64,000 nt of DNA, from positions 1 to 64,000 of the forward strand of contig ADNK01000241.1 of the NCBI GenBank assembly GCA_000320545.1, given 5' to 3'. Both the position numbers and the translations under genes were made by a program. Each line of letters begins with the position of its first letter. The stretch's first letter is position 1. The notes beneath the pieces were generated by a model. It saw only the letters and a list, made by a program, of their open reading frames with translations. It did not search any database and had not been told where the DNA came from. Positions 12,883 through 28,154 of this stretch are shown here, piece after piece. The stretch is from Bigelowiella natans CCMP2755. Lineage: Eukaryota > Protista > Cercozoa.

Positions 12883-14562
12883 GTGCACACACACCTTATT
12901 ATTCCCCCTCAGCCAATGCTGAAAAAGCTAAAAACTCTCGAGGCGCAGCTCAGAGTTCAACGATTACGCGAACAGGAGTCGCAAGAGAGATGCTATGATG
13001 CGTCCCAAAAGTTGAATGGGACTGCCCATGACCTGCATGTTATGAGTGCCCAGGAGGCTGACATCGACGCTTTTTTCGAGAAGAGAATCCTTGAAACCAA
13101 GGAAATCGCTTCCACAAGAAAAGCATTACGCAAGAAGAGAGAGAACGACAGGGCCAAGGCGAGATCCAGAGCTTTCAAGAAGCAACAAATGAAAATGGAC
13201 TCTATAACCAATAATCTGTAAGTAACAATCTCCCGATCACACTCTTTATCTCTCTCTCCACACGTGAATTTTTGCGCATCTTCACAACAGCACATAAGTA
13301 CTGTACTTCCAATATACTCTTTCACTAAATTCACGCCTCATCGCCGTTACAGCTTCGACCGCAGTACGGTCGACCACCAGGCAAAGGTGCGCACGCGACT
13401 CGCAAAGGACCTTCGAGAGGCCAAGCAATTCGCCGATATGCAAGATAACGCGCATCTTGATGCAATGCGCCGCCGCACGGATAATGTTATCTCCCTCAAG
13501 GCGAGTACAGACGCATCGCGCGCCAACATCATTGGTGCCCAGGAAAGAAGAAAGAAACGGGAGGCCAGGGCGCGCTCACGAAGAGAAGCAGAGCGCGCAG
13601 AGTTGGCCAAAACCAATCGTAACCCCGAGGCCATTCTACGTGCACGCGAAGCAGCCACAGAAAGCACTGGCCAGCGGGAGGAGATTGAACGCAGGATACA
13701 CAAGCAGAAGATGGAGCTCCTCGATCGGTAATGTTTTACCAGAAGCACCAGCAGTGCACTCCCTACAACTAGATATGATAAATGTAAATAGTAACGCACA
13801 ACATTTTACACACACACACACACACACACACATCTTTCTAGAAGAAGTGGTTATTTATGTAAACAAGTGCGACACACACACACACACACACGCACGCACG
13901 CACGCACACCACGCATATACCAGACTGCACGAGGAGCATCGACGGGATCGAGTAGCGAGTGGTGTAGTCTTCTCGAAAAAGGAGCAGCGAGAACGACTAG
14001 CTCGAGGCTGCGTCGCCCGCAATAAAGAGGATAGGGTCCGATACACGAAGAGCCTGATGCCGGATAAGAGACAGAACTTTCTCGACCATTACATGGTATT
14101 TTCACCATCGTCACTGAGAGTGTGCAAGGGATCAGTGATCCAGCTAGTGGCGCTCTGCACCTTCTTGTTGGGTGTAGAAATGCAGCATCCGCGCAAAAAA
14201 CATATTTATGCAATTTTTTTTTGGTCCTACGGCATGGGTCAAGAAATCGGTGCGTCCCCCCCCCCCCCCCCACCCCTGGCACCGGTGGGAGTTCTTTGGT
14301 TTTGTTTTCCTTCTGGTAGACAGATGTTCGTTGCTGCTGCCACTGGCTGATGGAGATATTGCTATGCTGACGTGTTTGCTTCCGTAGAAATCGCAGACGC
14401 TCGCAGGGACTGATCTAATTGATGTTTCGGGAACGAAAGGCCCAATCTACGGGTCCAAGGTCGGCTGCTCGCACCTTTCCCACCTTCCTGCTCATATGTT
14501 AGCCTTTGCCTCTTCTCTTGCCACATAGCTTATCAATTCAATCGTCAGGAGCCAACTTATAA

Positions 14563-14618
<56 letters not shown>

Positions 14619-16968
14619 AGAAATATAGAGTAAGAAACTCATGAGTCTTCCCTTTTTTTTCCCGTCCACCCTAGGTAATGCCAGTGAAGCAGAAATCATT
14701 CGGCCTCGGCCGGGCCAACATAGAGGCGATCAAGCGTGAGCAAATTCTCTATCCGGATGTGACATATAATGAGTCACTTCTCAACGTCCCTGACATCGAG
14801 AAGCAGCCGCGGTTTGGGCGCACAATGGCGGAACCGTCCCTGGATTCGTCCGATGAGGACAACGACGGCGACGAATCCAAGCAGAAGAAGCAACATGACG
14901 TAGAGGCTAGGCGGCCACCCACAGCCCTTGACCTCGACTCTGCACTGTCCGGAGGGAGGGGGAAACCGCCTGTGAAGATATTTAAGGCTCCCGTACTCGA
15001 CAAGTAATGACTACCACTATTTCTCTTCCTTTTTCAAACGCGCATTCTTTGCTGAGAGTGCATATAACCAGGTACATGGAACGGAAGCTTCGTGAAGTGC
15101 GTGCAGAGAGGGAGGCACTGCTGCGAAAGGGCGTGGAGAAGAAGATACTCGGGAAGACGTATAAAGGATCTAAATTTCTCTGCCAGCCAGAAATCGTAGA
15201 ATTCAAGGACTTTATCGTCGGGAAGAAACGCAGGAAGCGAGTCGTGCTAACCAACGTCTCCTTCACATTCAATAGCTTCCGCGTGGAGGGCATAGAGATG
15301 AAGTATCAGGTGAAGAGATGTCCTCTTGATGGTCGTTCGACAACGATTTTTTTAAAAGAATAAATCCTTCGTAACGGCGCAGAAAGCACCGCACCGATGC
15401 ACCACCATCATCGTCATCAATCATCTTTTAAAAGTAGCTCCCACTCCATGTTTTGTGCAGGACCTGTTCGAAGTAAACTATAAGCCTCCGGGGCGTATGT
15501 CAGCAGGGCTGACCGCCACGATCGAGATCGTATTTTTGCCCGAGCAGAACCTGGATATCATAACGTACCTCGCTCTCATCACAGAGACAGGGCCGCTCAG
15601 GATTCCGATCGAATGCCGGACGCGCAAGGTAAGGAGAAAATTGACAAAGGAGAGGTCGGAGGGTAGTGGTGGAGGGGATAAACGCAGCGTGTTGTGCGGC
15701 GGTGATCGTGAAGAACAAAAAATTAAGCTATTGGCGTGCCACACATATTCCCCTCCCCCCCCTCCTCTAGGTCGATATCGCTGTTCCATCCCCCCATCTA
15801 GAGCTGGGCGCGCTCGCCTGTGGCGAGACTCTTCATCGTACAATCACAATTGTGAACCGTGGCGCGCTTCCCATCGACTTCGAAACCATATTTGACGAGG
15901 ACATGGGGGAGGCTCTGGGCTCTGCGACCTTAGAGGACGCACAAAAGGCTATCAGCTTCGCCGGGAGTCCCACACGCATAGGGGGCTACTCCTCAAGGAA
16001 AATTCACATCACGTTCAAGCCGGAAAAGGCTGGCAGCTTTGACTTGGTCGCACGCGTGGTCTTCGGGCGCCAGATTAAGTGCTGCGATCAAGGCTTTCCT
16101 ATCGATTGGGGTTCGCCAAGGGAGTTTCCACTGCGCATCACTGGCCGCGCAGACGAAGTGCCAGTTTATGTGGAGAGGGAGAGCCTCGATCTGCAGACAT
16201 GCGTCCTGGGTAAGCTATATCGAACCAAGCTAGTGCTCCGAAACCGCTCCAACAACTCACAGAAGGTAGCCATCTAATAGATGGCAGGACTAATGAGGAA
16301 CAAGAATTATTGCATTTTCCTTGCTTCCGGCAAGGCATCGTCGTGGGTGGGGAGGGGTGATCTGGTTTTCTTTTAGCGCGATAAAGATCTGACTTTTGCA
16401 ATCCTGATTCAATAAATTGATATGACTTTGCTACCCCCCTACCACCAGGTGTCTCTGAAGGCACCACGGCCTTTATCTAGCGTTATCAAATTCACTCCTC
16501 GTGATGGCTACGTGCAGGTTTAGAACAGAGCAAATGACAATTATAAAAATGAATTGAGAGGATGCCGTTACTCTCTCTCTCTTTCTCTCTCTTCCTCTCT
16601 CTCTCTCTCTCTCTTTCCCCCCTACCCCCCCTCCACACACATTCAAAGCAACACATATTCGAGGATTTAAGACGCACTTTCACTTGCTTTCTAGACCGAC
16701 GTGCCGTTGGTCGTGAGCGTGCAGTTTGTCCCTACTGCGTCATTCGAGCGGAAACTCCTCGTCAAAGACTACTACGACGGCGAGCAACGAGCACTAGACA
16801 TTGGACTTACGGTTGATGTGCCAGGCCAAACACTGCCTGTGGAGTACAGGTAGTAGCAGCAGCACGGTGTTTTGCGTGGCCGTTGCATTCGGAAAAGCCA
16901 AAGAAGGGGAGGGGGGAGAGTGCAAGCTTTTCATCACCATAATCATTAAACAGCATTGCACTACAATT

Positions 16969-17045
<77 letters not shown>

Positions 17046-17653
17046 ACCTCCCATCACGAATTAAACGCATACATACAAACACACAAACACGCATATCTTT
17101 CCTTAGAATTAAGGCCCAATTCACGACCTCCGCACTATTGTTTGAGAGCGGTGACGACAAGGAGCATGGTAGTGAGGGCAAGGGCATCGACAATGAAAGC
17201 GACCTTGTGCTTGACTTTGGGCGCTGCTATACGTCTCACACTGTCGCGAAAACGATCCGTATCACGAACAACTCGAGTATCTTGCAGAGAGCAGGCTTCG
17301 TCGAATTGCCATCAGTTGCGCAGGTAGGTACAGTTTGCGGGTCTTTGAGGGAAGGAAACCCCCTTTTCTGGCACATTTTTCTTAAGAGCGATACTGCAAT
17401 TTAATCTCAATCTCTTCTTAATTCTTTCTCTTGCTCCATTCTGATTTCGTTCTATCTTTTTTTTCGTATTTTTAAAAGATACTTCCGACCGCCTTCATGG
17501 CGATTTTGCCCGGGCAGACGGTGACGCGCCATATTCTTTTCCGCCCAATCGCTGTTGCGGAGTATAACATCAAGGTGACCCACCTGTTGAAGTTAAATTC
17601 GCAGCGTATCGTAAATACGTCGGCGGATTAAATTCTATACGAAAATGATAGAA

Positions 17654-17711
<58 letters not shown>

Positions 17712-17881
17712 TGTGTGTGCGTGTAATCGTAAATGACATCTTGTGGCAGCATATAAAAGAGAGAAGCTTTTTAAGTGCTGCATTATTGAATAGTAATTTC
17801 TGAGGGAGCTTTTCGTTTGCATATATATACCTTTGAGCCGGAATATAAATATTTTATCTATGTCCATTAACAGGCTATATT

Positions 17882-17948
<67 letters not shown>

Positions 17949-20026
17949 TGTATTAACCTTCCATACTGTAGCTTTTCTGCCGAGCAAACCTGGGCGACAC
18001 GTACACGATCCACTGCCGCGGAAAGGGCGCGAAGCCATCCCTCTCCTTTCTACACTCGAACCTGAAGCTTGCTGCCACAGCCGACGGCCATAGAGAGCAG
18101 GTGCACACCTACCTCACGAGCGAAGTGGATATCCCAATGGCCTTCAACTTTGGCATCAAGAACAACCCATACCTGGAGGTAACAATAAGACGCTCTCCTT
18201 ATTTGCCATGCCCCATCGCCATCTTTACATTGACGTGCTCTACACATCATAATAGGGGAACATCCCTGGGACTCCGGAGGCTTGGCAGAACAGTTTCTTG
18301 AGCATCTCACCAGCATCCGGCGTGATCAAACCTCGCGGTACCGTTCGTGTACAGATTGACTTTCATCCTGAGGTGAGGGTGGAGAGCTACCTGCGCGAGC
18401 TCGGGCTGGCACCGAAATTAAAGGAATCCGTTGTCGGGGGTGTGTACATAACTTACACTAATACGCGCGCGCGCACACACACACACACAATATACGTGTA
18501 TGTGTATATGGGGAGGGGGGGATGCAGGTGTTTATTTGCGGGGCACTGATGTTATTTTGTCCTCTGTAATTTATAGCTGGCGACGGTGAATCAAAAGAAG
18601 GTGGCGAGGAAACGAATGAAGGAGGAGATGATGGCGAGGATGAAGCCGCCGCATCAGCGGCAGCCACAGCGGAAGTGAAAGGTGACGAGAAGGATGCAGA
18701 CGCTTCCTTGCCGAAAAACCCAGAGGATGATGAGAATCCTGACGCCGCTGTGCAGTTAATGCTCAAGGATATCGTCACGTTCAGCTCCAGTGCGTTCCCC
18801 AAAACTATCATCAAGGTTCCAGGAAAAGAAGAAGAAGAAGAAGAAGAAGAAAAAGGGGTGGGCGAGGTAAAAAGCGAAGACATCGCTGCTGACAGCAACC
18901 TTGACGCTGCTGCTGATGACGAGAAGACCAAGGACAGCGCACAGAAGCAGCTAGAGCCCTGGTCGCGACATGCCCGCACGCTTATCTCGCTGTTCGCTGC
19001 ACCAGAGGAACATGTGCTGGCCGCGAGGAGTAGCGCCTCGGGGAAACTTTCCGTGGCCCCCGAGCAGCACTACCTCTCCATTAGTACGACCGTTGTCGAG
19101 CCGAAACTCCGCGTAGCGCCGCGTTGCATCCACTTCGGCCAGGTTGTGTGCGGCCAAAAGGCGGTGCAGATGCTCCAACTGAGCAACACGAGCGACCGCG
19201 AGATGTCAGTGAGGTTGCGGCCCCTGGGTGCCTCAAGCCCCTTCCGTGTCCTCAACGCGCCGCGTAAGCTCGCGGCTGGTTCCAAACGGACGCTGCTCGT
19301 CGAGTTCCAGAGCAGCGTGGAGAGACGCTTCGTAGAGGTTTGTTGTACTATATGGTACTAGTGCAGTAGTTTCAGTAGTAGCAGTTGAAGAAGCAAAAGA
19401 AGAAGAAGAGAAAGCACTGACAAATCCCTTCCAATGCATCCCTCAGCCTCGCTCCTCCCTCCCTCGATCACCTCAATCGCGCGTGTTATCTGATCGATTA
19501 TCATCAATCCTTCACCCTCCCCTTCCCACGATCACCTCAGGTCCTCAACCTCTCGGCGGACGACTGCGCACTGAGCATCGGGCTGGTGGGGCAAGGAGTG
19601 ACGTCGGAGCTCGAGATAAAGTATTCAACGGTGGAACAGAGGTTCTTGCACGCCGGCGACATTTTGTGCGGGGACAGTCGCGTAGAGCCCATCACTGTGA
19701 CGAACAAGTCAGAGTTTCCGTTTTCCTTTAATCTTGGTCGGCGTTCTGAGCCTTTTGACCCATGTGAGAAAGGAGAGAGCGGCCTCGCGGAGTTCAATTT
19801 CGTCCCGAAAGCAGGCCGGATACAACCGGGTGAAACACTTGAGATTAAGTGCTCCTTCCAAGCCGACCGGGTAAGTACCACGCCATCTGCTACTACCGTC
19901 ATAGGGGTTAATCTGTGTAGGCGTCTTCCATACGCAACAAAATATCCCAAATCTGCTCGAAGTTCACAGTTGACGTGTGTCGGGCTACTAATCATACCCG
20001 AGAAAATGCACATATAAACCTACTCG

Positions 20027-20089
<63 letters not shown>

Positions 20090-20718
20090 ACATGCTCACA
20101 TAGATAGAACACCATTACTATCCAACCACGTTTTCAATTCTTCTGTCTCCACCCATCCTTCTTCCCTTAAATTAGCCTTCGCTAGACTATAAGACGACAT
20201 TACTCATTGGACGGTACACTGTACCAGTGCGGGGGCGTTGCCACTCCGATCAGCTCTTTTTCATCCCACCGCCTTCGCCGAAAAAGCTAGCCCCGCCACA
20301 CCCAGTCGAGCAGATTGTAGAGGTGCGGATCATAGTTGTCATTGGCAAAACAATTAAGAATAGAATCCATCTGCAGCCGGGCCATTACCACCTTGCGATC
20401 GTCCTCCTCCTCCTCCTCCTCCTACTCCTCCTCATCCATTCTTAGCAGTTCAAACCATAGCATGGCGGATATGCAAATATTCTCTGGGAACATACTCCGA
20501 TGCCTTTTTTGTCACGAAACATCGAATAACTCTAGGGTTGATGATCTGCCATTTTTTTTGCAATCTTAGGAGGGGAAGCCAGATCCTGCCACCACGCACG
20601 TAGACCCCTTCGCTTTCCTTGATTCGCTTGGAGCTGAAGATGAAGCAAAGGGGGGGGAAGAAAAAAAGGGGGAGGAAGAGTCTCTTGCACGTGACCCAGT
20701 AGTGCTCGAGCTCAGACC

Positions 20719-20758
<40 letters not shown>

Positions 20759-21489
20759 GTGTGTGGGGGCGGAGTGTGTGGGATTATAGCTATGCCTTGA
20801 TATATACCACAGAACATGTGCAATTCATTTCCATCATTTTTTGACGTTCATCTTTCTACCAAAAACGTAGAAGAGAGCGAAGGTGAAGAGAGAGCTCAAG
20901 CAGCGTTCAAGTCGTACCAGCACACCCCCTGCTTCGGCTAAAGAAGCTGGGGATATCAAGGAGGAGGACTGGAGACCGGATGATGGAAAGTACCGAGCCA
21001 AGGTCATTGTAGGGAGCTGCCTTACTCAGGTACTTAGTGTGTGTGTGTGTGCAAGATAAGCATCGTAAATACACGCACAACGCATACCTACACACATACT
21101 TAAATTTATATTCATTCAAATTTGATTCATTTTACATAGCACGTCTGCATAGGTTCGACATGATGTAAATACATTGAGCATACGATAATATAGAGAGTCG
21201 GTGTTTAAATGCGCGCTGTTGTCGCTTTCCCCTCCCAGGATAAGTCCAAATCATCATCCGGGTCGTACGAGTTTACATTTGCGGAGGATTCCAAAGACAA
21301 AGAGGCAGTGATAGCAATCGAGCCGTCTTCAAAGTCGATCGAGCCGGGCAAGGTGCAAGAAGTCATATTTACATTCGATCCAGAGAAGTATGAGGAGCAG
21401 CTGCGAGAGAAGGCGGACGACGGTTTGCCATCGGTCGTAATATATTTAAGCCGAACAACTATCTTTCTCCCTCTCTCCCTCTCTCTGTC

Positions 21490-21530
<41 letters not shown>

Positions 21531-21747
21531 GACACACACATATCCCTAGTATGCCCTAGATGTATTTTTGGAGCTCATAATACGCAATTTGTCTGTCGTA
21601 CCTACCCATGCTCTTCCATGATGACTCTGATATCAGACTGGAAGCCTGAAGGTGAACATAAAGTGTAAGCTTAAAGGAGGCTACAGGAAAGACGGTGCGG
21701 GGGAGCAAGAGCTGAACCTATGCCTTCTAGCAAATATTGATCGATGA
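12111..21747 (+). CDS. CFAP74: Cilia- and flagella-associated protein 74 (central-pair component), multi-exon
   Basis: An N-terminal coiled coil is followed by ASH/Ig-like repeats. KFLCQPEIVEFKDFIVGK...LTNVSFTFNSFR and DLFEVNYKPPGRMSAGLTATIEIVF...TETGPLRIPIECRTRK match the CFAP74 pattern, and the protein ends KCKLKGG...*. The GT-AG exons checked join in phase. ATG at 12111, TGA at 21745-21747. Confidence 0.85.
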
Positions 21748-21749
21748 CA

Positions 21750-22400
21750 CAAGCGATCCCCATAATGATCTTGTGTGTCATATCGACGCGTGTACCATGG
21801 CGGAAACTGTAGATATGCGTGCATTGGCGGTCGTGTTCAAGCGATTTTCGAGACAGTAGATGTATTTTCTAGATCTATGAATTCAAACATTGTAGAGCAT
21901 AACCGACTATTTTTGAGGACAAGACATTTTTATTTGTTTATTACCCAAACCGGTGATGTCACTCATTGCGATACGCCTGCTAGCCTGCTGCGTGCATCTC
22001 AACCTTCATGTCTATGTATTCGCCAGCGCAATATAGTAGCATATAGATGCGAAGAACGCGCGTGCAGCAGACTGGAAAATTTCGATCGCTTCGGAGCACG
22101 TCATCAAAGCAGTTGTCACAGTTTGCATGCACATGGGCAATGTGACTTGAAAGACAGAATGTGATTAGTTCATTGCATCCGTTTCACATTGAGCGCCACA
22201 CATGCAACACCACAATTCAGTCCACGCATCGCGATCGCAGCGGCAAGAGCCATGTCTGTTTCCGGTGCGTATTGACATTTATAACATATTACTATTTAAT
22301 GCTGAATGACACTGAATTTCAGGGAAGGTGATTTATGTGATCAAGGTGACTCTCTGATCTAATAGAACGCCCCTCGATCTGCTTGTCTCCCACGCTCCAT
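21750..22400. other. Convergent 3' spacer (CFAP74/Rab) with a weaker CATG/TGCA/CTAG signature
   Basis: TCTAGA, GCTAGC, GCATGC and TGCA words; no microsatellites. Confidence 0.4.
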
Positions 22401-22477
22401 CTACATCTTCATCCTTAGAATATAAGAAGCTACGTGCATGCACTGTTGCTTCCAGTCGAAGCGTATAATTCTATGTG

Positions 22478-22519
<42 letters not shown>

Positions 22520-22557
22520 ATGACCATTGAAACAATTTAAACATTTCATTACATCCG

Positions 22558-22597
<40 letters not shown>

Positions 22598-22703
22598 TGC
22601 GGATCGGATGCTACACATTAATTCCTTTATTGTTTCGGTTCCTTTGATTATTTGTTGTCATTTTTCTTCGCTCTACGGTGGCTGCTAAGGCTGTCCAACG
22701 ACC

Positions 22704-22756
22704 CTAGCTTGTTCCCGCGTTGCTCCGTCTTGCATCCTTTCGTAATATTATGACCT

Positions 22757-22803
<47 letters not shown>

Positions 22804-23109
22804 AGTGGCCATCTTCGCATGTGGTCGCATCGGGACCCCGGAATCTCGTTTTGCGCCGAAATAAGCAGCACGATGATCTGCGAACGAATTGGGGGGTTGA
22901 CACGCGTAACTAACTAATACGAGCAGCGGAGCAGCAGGCTGCCTAAGCGAGCGAAAGTTTGTAGGATATTATATGCGTGTGATTTGGTTGTTTCCATGAG
23001 TGACTGACCGATTATTGCGTTTCTCGTCCTCAAGCGTGAATGTGGAAGCAGCTTTGGGTTGCTGCTGCTGCTGCTGCTGCTGTTACCACGATGATGTTGT
23101 GAGCACCAG

Positions 23110-23150
<41 letters not shown>

Positions 23151-23461
23151 TGTGAGTTTGAACAAAATGAGAATGTAACACTATGGGATCTGCAGAGAAT
23201 ACACGTTTTCGACTATCAGAATTACGACAATATTGGGTGCTGCCTTCTCTTGTTTGTACATGTAGCAACGGTCTAATTGTCATGATTGCGTGTTGATGGC
23301 CCCCGACCTCGCTGGCGGCTACGGCACTGCCCGCTTTCTGAATCAGGCTAGTGAATGCTGCGTCGACATGCGACCCATCTAAAGCCTGCTCACGATTACA
23401 AAGGAGAAAAAACACATCATATCTCATTCAATTATTCCCGTATTATTATTGCCGTCCTCCA

Positions 23462-23532
<71 letters not shown>

Positions 23533-23665
23533 CGAATAATCATTGTTAGAGCTATCATACTCCAGATTATTATTTAAGTTTCTGATCTCTCTGCAATCTT
23601 TCTCCTTTCCCATCCCCCCCCTTCGTTCAAATGAGCGATTCTAACTAATCTGCAGGAAGAAAATA

Positions 23666-23698
<33 letters not shown>

Positions 23699-24389
23699 AG
23701 CAAGGCGTTTCAACCGAGCACTCGAAGAACTCCGCCTACGAAGGCAATCACACACACGTTCGTACATGCTTATTCATGTTGTGGAGAAGAAAAACACGCA
23801 ACGGTAAAGACGACACATAACCAGGAGACAGCAGAGGCTACTTCAGATCTCGCTCTCAAAAAGCGAGATTCGTCTTACTTATTTCTTTACGTTTCAAGTT
23901 TGAATACGAAAATATATGTATATTAGTGTGCACGCATATAACGATGTGTTTTCGGACCCTTAGACTTTTGTGAGATACAATATGGATGTATTTTCATCTT
24001 ATAATGTTGTTTTCCTCCACGAATCCGCACCTTTATCTCATTCGCCAGCAATTGCCCCCGTTCTGCCTCCACCTTCATCGTGCCAAAAAAATCACCGAAA
24101 GATATCGAATACAGGGGAAGCGGGGAGAGGGGATGACGCAACGGAAAATAAAACAAATCAATATCAGTTCTGATTGTAGGTTGAGAACGCCTATTTTTAC
24201 CGAACACTCGAGGGAACACAGTGTAAACTATTTCTCTAGTAATTTTCGCTCGAGAATACGTTCGGTCAAGACAAGACGAGAGGTTTCTCACTTACCACTC
24301 GCTCAGGTGCTAAGTCTAATTTGTTGGCGATCAGTACTACTTCGAAGTTTCCGTCCTGCAGCGATGGAAGAAGAAGGTAGTGTGCATAG

Positions 24390-24425
<36 letters not shown>

Positions 24426-25744
24426 TCTTCAGCCAGCAAGTACAAAGACAAGAAAGAAAGTATTCGCTGAAGAAATACGAGACACGGAGTACCCGCGTTC
24501 TCAACCACACAAACACGCATGCAAGATATATGATATGAGGGGATGACAAACTGCATTAACGGCCACGGACTCACGGCGAAAACTATATCGATGATTTTTG
24601 GTTGCAAGATTATAGTAGGCAAAAATCGTGGATGTCGTTCGGAGCTTAGAAATGAACTTATAACATATCCTTGAATTGGAAGTCACGATTGTTGTCGTCG
24701 CATAAATAAATTTCATGTTGGTATGAGATATGAAATCCTTACATGCATATATGCACATGTGTGTTTATGCGCACGTGTAATCACAGTATTAATTCATATA
24801 TCGGCGCATAACTACCGCTGCTGCCTTTAGATCCTTTATCCATGAGAAGACGTGTCGAAATGATTCTTGGCAGGTCAAATCGTAGACCTACAAAGCGACG
24901 GCGCCAGAGGCAGCATTTATTTTGAAGTGGTTTTGTTCTTAGCATTGAGGGGGAAAGAAGTGCGGGAAATAACAAAGATATCGGTGCCGTGGTCATCATC
25001 ATCATCATCGTCACCATCGTCTCTATCATCACCCTCATCAACATCAGTTGTTCTTAAAGATGACGACGAGGAGCACCACCTACCAGCACGACTCCGTGAC
25101 AGCCTCGATAATAGTTCTGCGTGAGGTGTCGAAAGCGTTCCTGGCCTGCAGTATCCCAGATCTGAACCTGCATGATGAATTCACCAGCGAAAATCAATAA
25201 TGGCGAGCGTAAGGAGTGCAGATGGTGGCCCGGCAAACGCAGCGGCATGGTCCACGCACATGACATTTCAATTTTCCCAACCGCCACTCACACAGCACCT
25301 GTGCGCTTTTGCCATTTTCTAGCTTCGTGTCCATCGCGACGAGATCGATTCCTACCGTTGCTGCGTACTCGAGCTGGAATTCTGCGAGGGTGTGTATAAG
25401 AAAATGAAACTGAGCCCAAGTCCTGGTTTGTTTCATGCATCTTGGTGTGCGAGATGCTAGAAGTTTGGAAGCAAATCTGGTTGTTCAATTTCCCCTGTTA
25501 CTCCCCCTCTATATTCTCAGAATGAGATCAATTTTCCAGTTTAACTCATAGACAAGATCACATAGTGACCTTGGTGGACGAAGCGCTGTATCAGCGAGGT
25601 TTTTCCACAGCCTGCATCGCCCAACATCAAAACCTTCATTTTGATCTGGCTCTTTCCTTCCTTCCAGGACCCCACGGAGGCCCCATTTGTGGTTTCTGAG
25701 TCTCGGTTCGAGATTGACCCATTTCTGCTAGGACTAGAACCCAT
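22704..25744 (-). CDS. Rab-family small GTPase (Rab1/8/18-like motifs) with an N-terminal MGSSPS extension; the exon after about 23330 is uncertain
   Basis: G1 GDAGCGKT, effector YAATVGID, G3 [19 protein letters not shown]|VYD, G4 NKLD and G5 ECS|A are all joined by in-phase GT-AG introns. Confidence 0.85.
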
Positions 25745-26499
25745 TCTGTGCAATTTGAAGGCGTTCAAGCTCGTTGTACAAAATTCCGGTTGGAAAGTAA
25801 CGCTGAAATGCACAGGCACGGAGGCTCCAAAACGCGCTTTCGCTCTCCGCGCTGTGACGGTTCAAAAACACAAGATGCTGTGACCTTCAAACGTACCTGT
25901 TCTATACTGAGAACAAGGTTGACAAGCTTAGGGGTCCATCACTCACTGGTGTTGGTGAGCACTGTCGGCACGAGAGGGGAGTGTCATTTCTGGACTCTCA
26001 GACCAGATGCAGTTGAGGCGAAAGACGAAAATATGTAGAAATGCATTTGAATCTTTCCGCTGCGACATCCTTGCACGACCTCCATTTCCGCACAAAATCC
26101 GCTGCACAATTTCATTGGCCGAGTTGCCCTTCGGAGCGAGGTCCTTTTCCCCTTTTGCAGCATTGGATTCATGTCGTCGCATGTGAATGATAAACACCTT
26201 CACACATCGTGCTCGCATGCATCCATCGGGAACACATCTTGCGCGACAAGTTCAAATTGTTGTCTGTAATTCAAAACCTCCCCCGTTTTCGCCTCATGTT
26301 CTCGTGACTCTAGATCTAACAGAATCGATGAAGCGAAGGGAGTGGATCTTCTGACGCAAAAAGGAAGCCAGACGATGATGACAGAATCTCTAGCAGGGAA
26401 AGTTCGAAAGCACAGGTGCTCATCCTACGAGGCTTGCGTTCAGGAGCATGAGCTTTGATGTGTTTTCGGCGCACCAAGGCATGCCATAGCATGGGGAAA

Positions 26500-27390
26500 T
26501 CAGACATCAACAAAGATCACGTTTGTTGACGAAAGTGTGACGTGTGCTGCTGTGCCCATGATTTTTGCCATGTCATTCTAGCAACTCAGTTCAGCAGTAG
26601 GCCCGCAGTAGGTGATGTTTTGGGTTGCAAATTTTGCGGTATTTCCCTTGCTGATTGTGGTTGGGAAAAAAAAAATGGGGCCAAGCTAGCAAGCTGGCAA
26701 TGAGGATGTGAGCAGCAGCAACGGCAACTCCGCGTTCATTTGCTTGGACAGTCTGTGCGACTCCAGGACAAGACGTGTAAGTAGCTGCCTGTTGATCTGC
26801 CCGCACGGCATGCCAGCATGCTAACAGGCATGCCGCATGTGACGAGCACAACCTGGACAACTCTGGCGGAAATTGCGTGTGAGCAGCGCTGCGCTAGCAG
26901 CGATGCGCTGTGGTCCAACCGTGCGACCAATGATGGGATGCAGCGGCGGCGGCGACATTGTTTTTTGGAGAGGGCAGGCGCTAGGGTGGGCACGTATGCT
27001 GGCATGCGCACATGCAGCATCATCTCTTAGCTAGGCTCTGCGTCTTGCTAGCTTGCGCGACATGCAAAATTCTGAACAAAGCTTGCAGGCAGCACGATGT
27101 GGCTCGAAATGCGAGACGGCAGCGTCCTAAATGCTGACTCTTGGTTTGCCGCATGATCGACGAGCAGCACACACAATGCACGCAGTACACCATCGATCTC
27201 TCATGAACGCTGAGCAATGCATTTTTGCGGCGCGTGCAGTCTTTGACTCAAGCCACAGCACATGCCACTTAGGAGAGGAGGTGCACAGCCGTGTGACAAT
27301 GCCAAAATGCTCGAAATGAGCTACATGTACGAATCAGTGAAGCTAATTAACAATCTCGGCATTTGATTAGCGTGGCTTGTCTCTAATGAA
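26500..27390. other. GCATGC/GCTAGC-rich spacer downstream of the SNF2 gene
   Basis: Repeated GCATGC, GCTAGC and CATG words. No microsatellites and no convincing ORF. Confidence 0.5.
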
Positions 27391-27391
27391 G

Positions 27392-28119
27392 TTACTGCAG
27401 CTTGGCTTTCTTCGCCGCAGTCTCCTCCAGGGATGGCATTGTCCTCTTTGCCCCGGCAGAGACATGCGTCGTGTTGTCATTTTCTGCATCATCCTTTGAC
27501 CCACCATTCAATGAAGCATCTCCGGAAGCTGAAGCTGCCGTCTTGGGTATAGACTTACATTCCTGACCCTCACTGTCATTGTCATCCCCAAGGAGATCGA
27601 TTTCGCCGTCGCTTTGATCATCGTCATTTTCTACCACCAGTGGTCCCGCTGCAGTAGGAGCAGGAGCAACCTTGCTCCTCCTTCGTTCGGCTTCCGCTCC
27701 CATCGTTGCCTCTAACTGTCCTTCTGAGCGTGACTGGCCTGATTCTACTGTTACTTGCTTGGCATCGCCCCCACTACCTCCTCCTCCTCCTCTTTCCATT
27801 GGGATCACTTCTACATCCCCACCCGACTCCACCATCTTTGAGGAGTCGCTGCTTAATCCGGTTTCTATCTTTTGGCTGCGGGATCCACCAACAAGATTGC
27901 TGCTGCTGCCGCTGCTACTACTACTACTACTTTTCCTATTACTATTTCTAATGCTACTACCACGAGGACCACCACTACTCTTCCCCTCCCCCTCTTCTTC
28001 CTTATCGTCTACATTTTCTACTGATTTTACAATGTCTGTGCTGCTACTGGGTTGGTGCTCATGCTCGTCATTATCGCCGTGACTGCTGGTCTTCGCACCA
28101 TCACTATCACCACTGCTAT

Positions 28120-28154
<35 letters not shown>

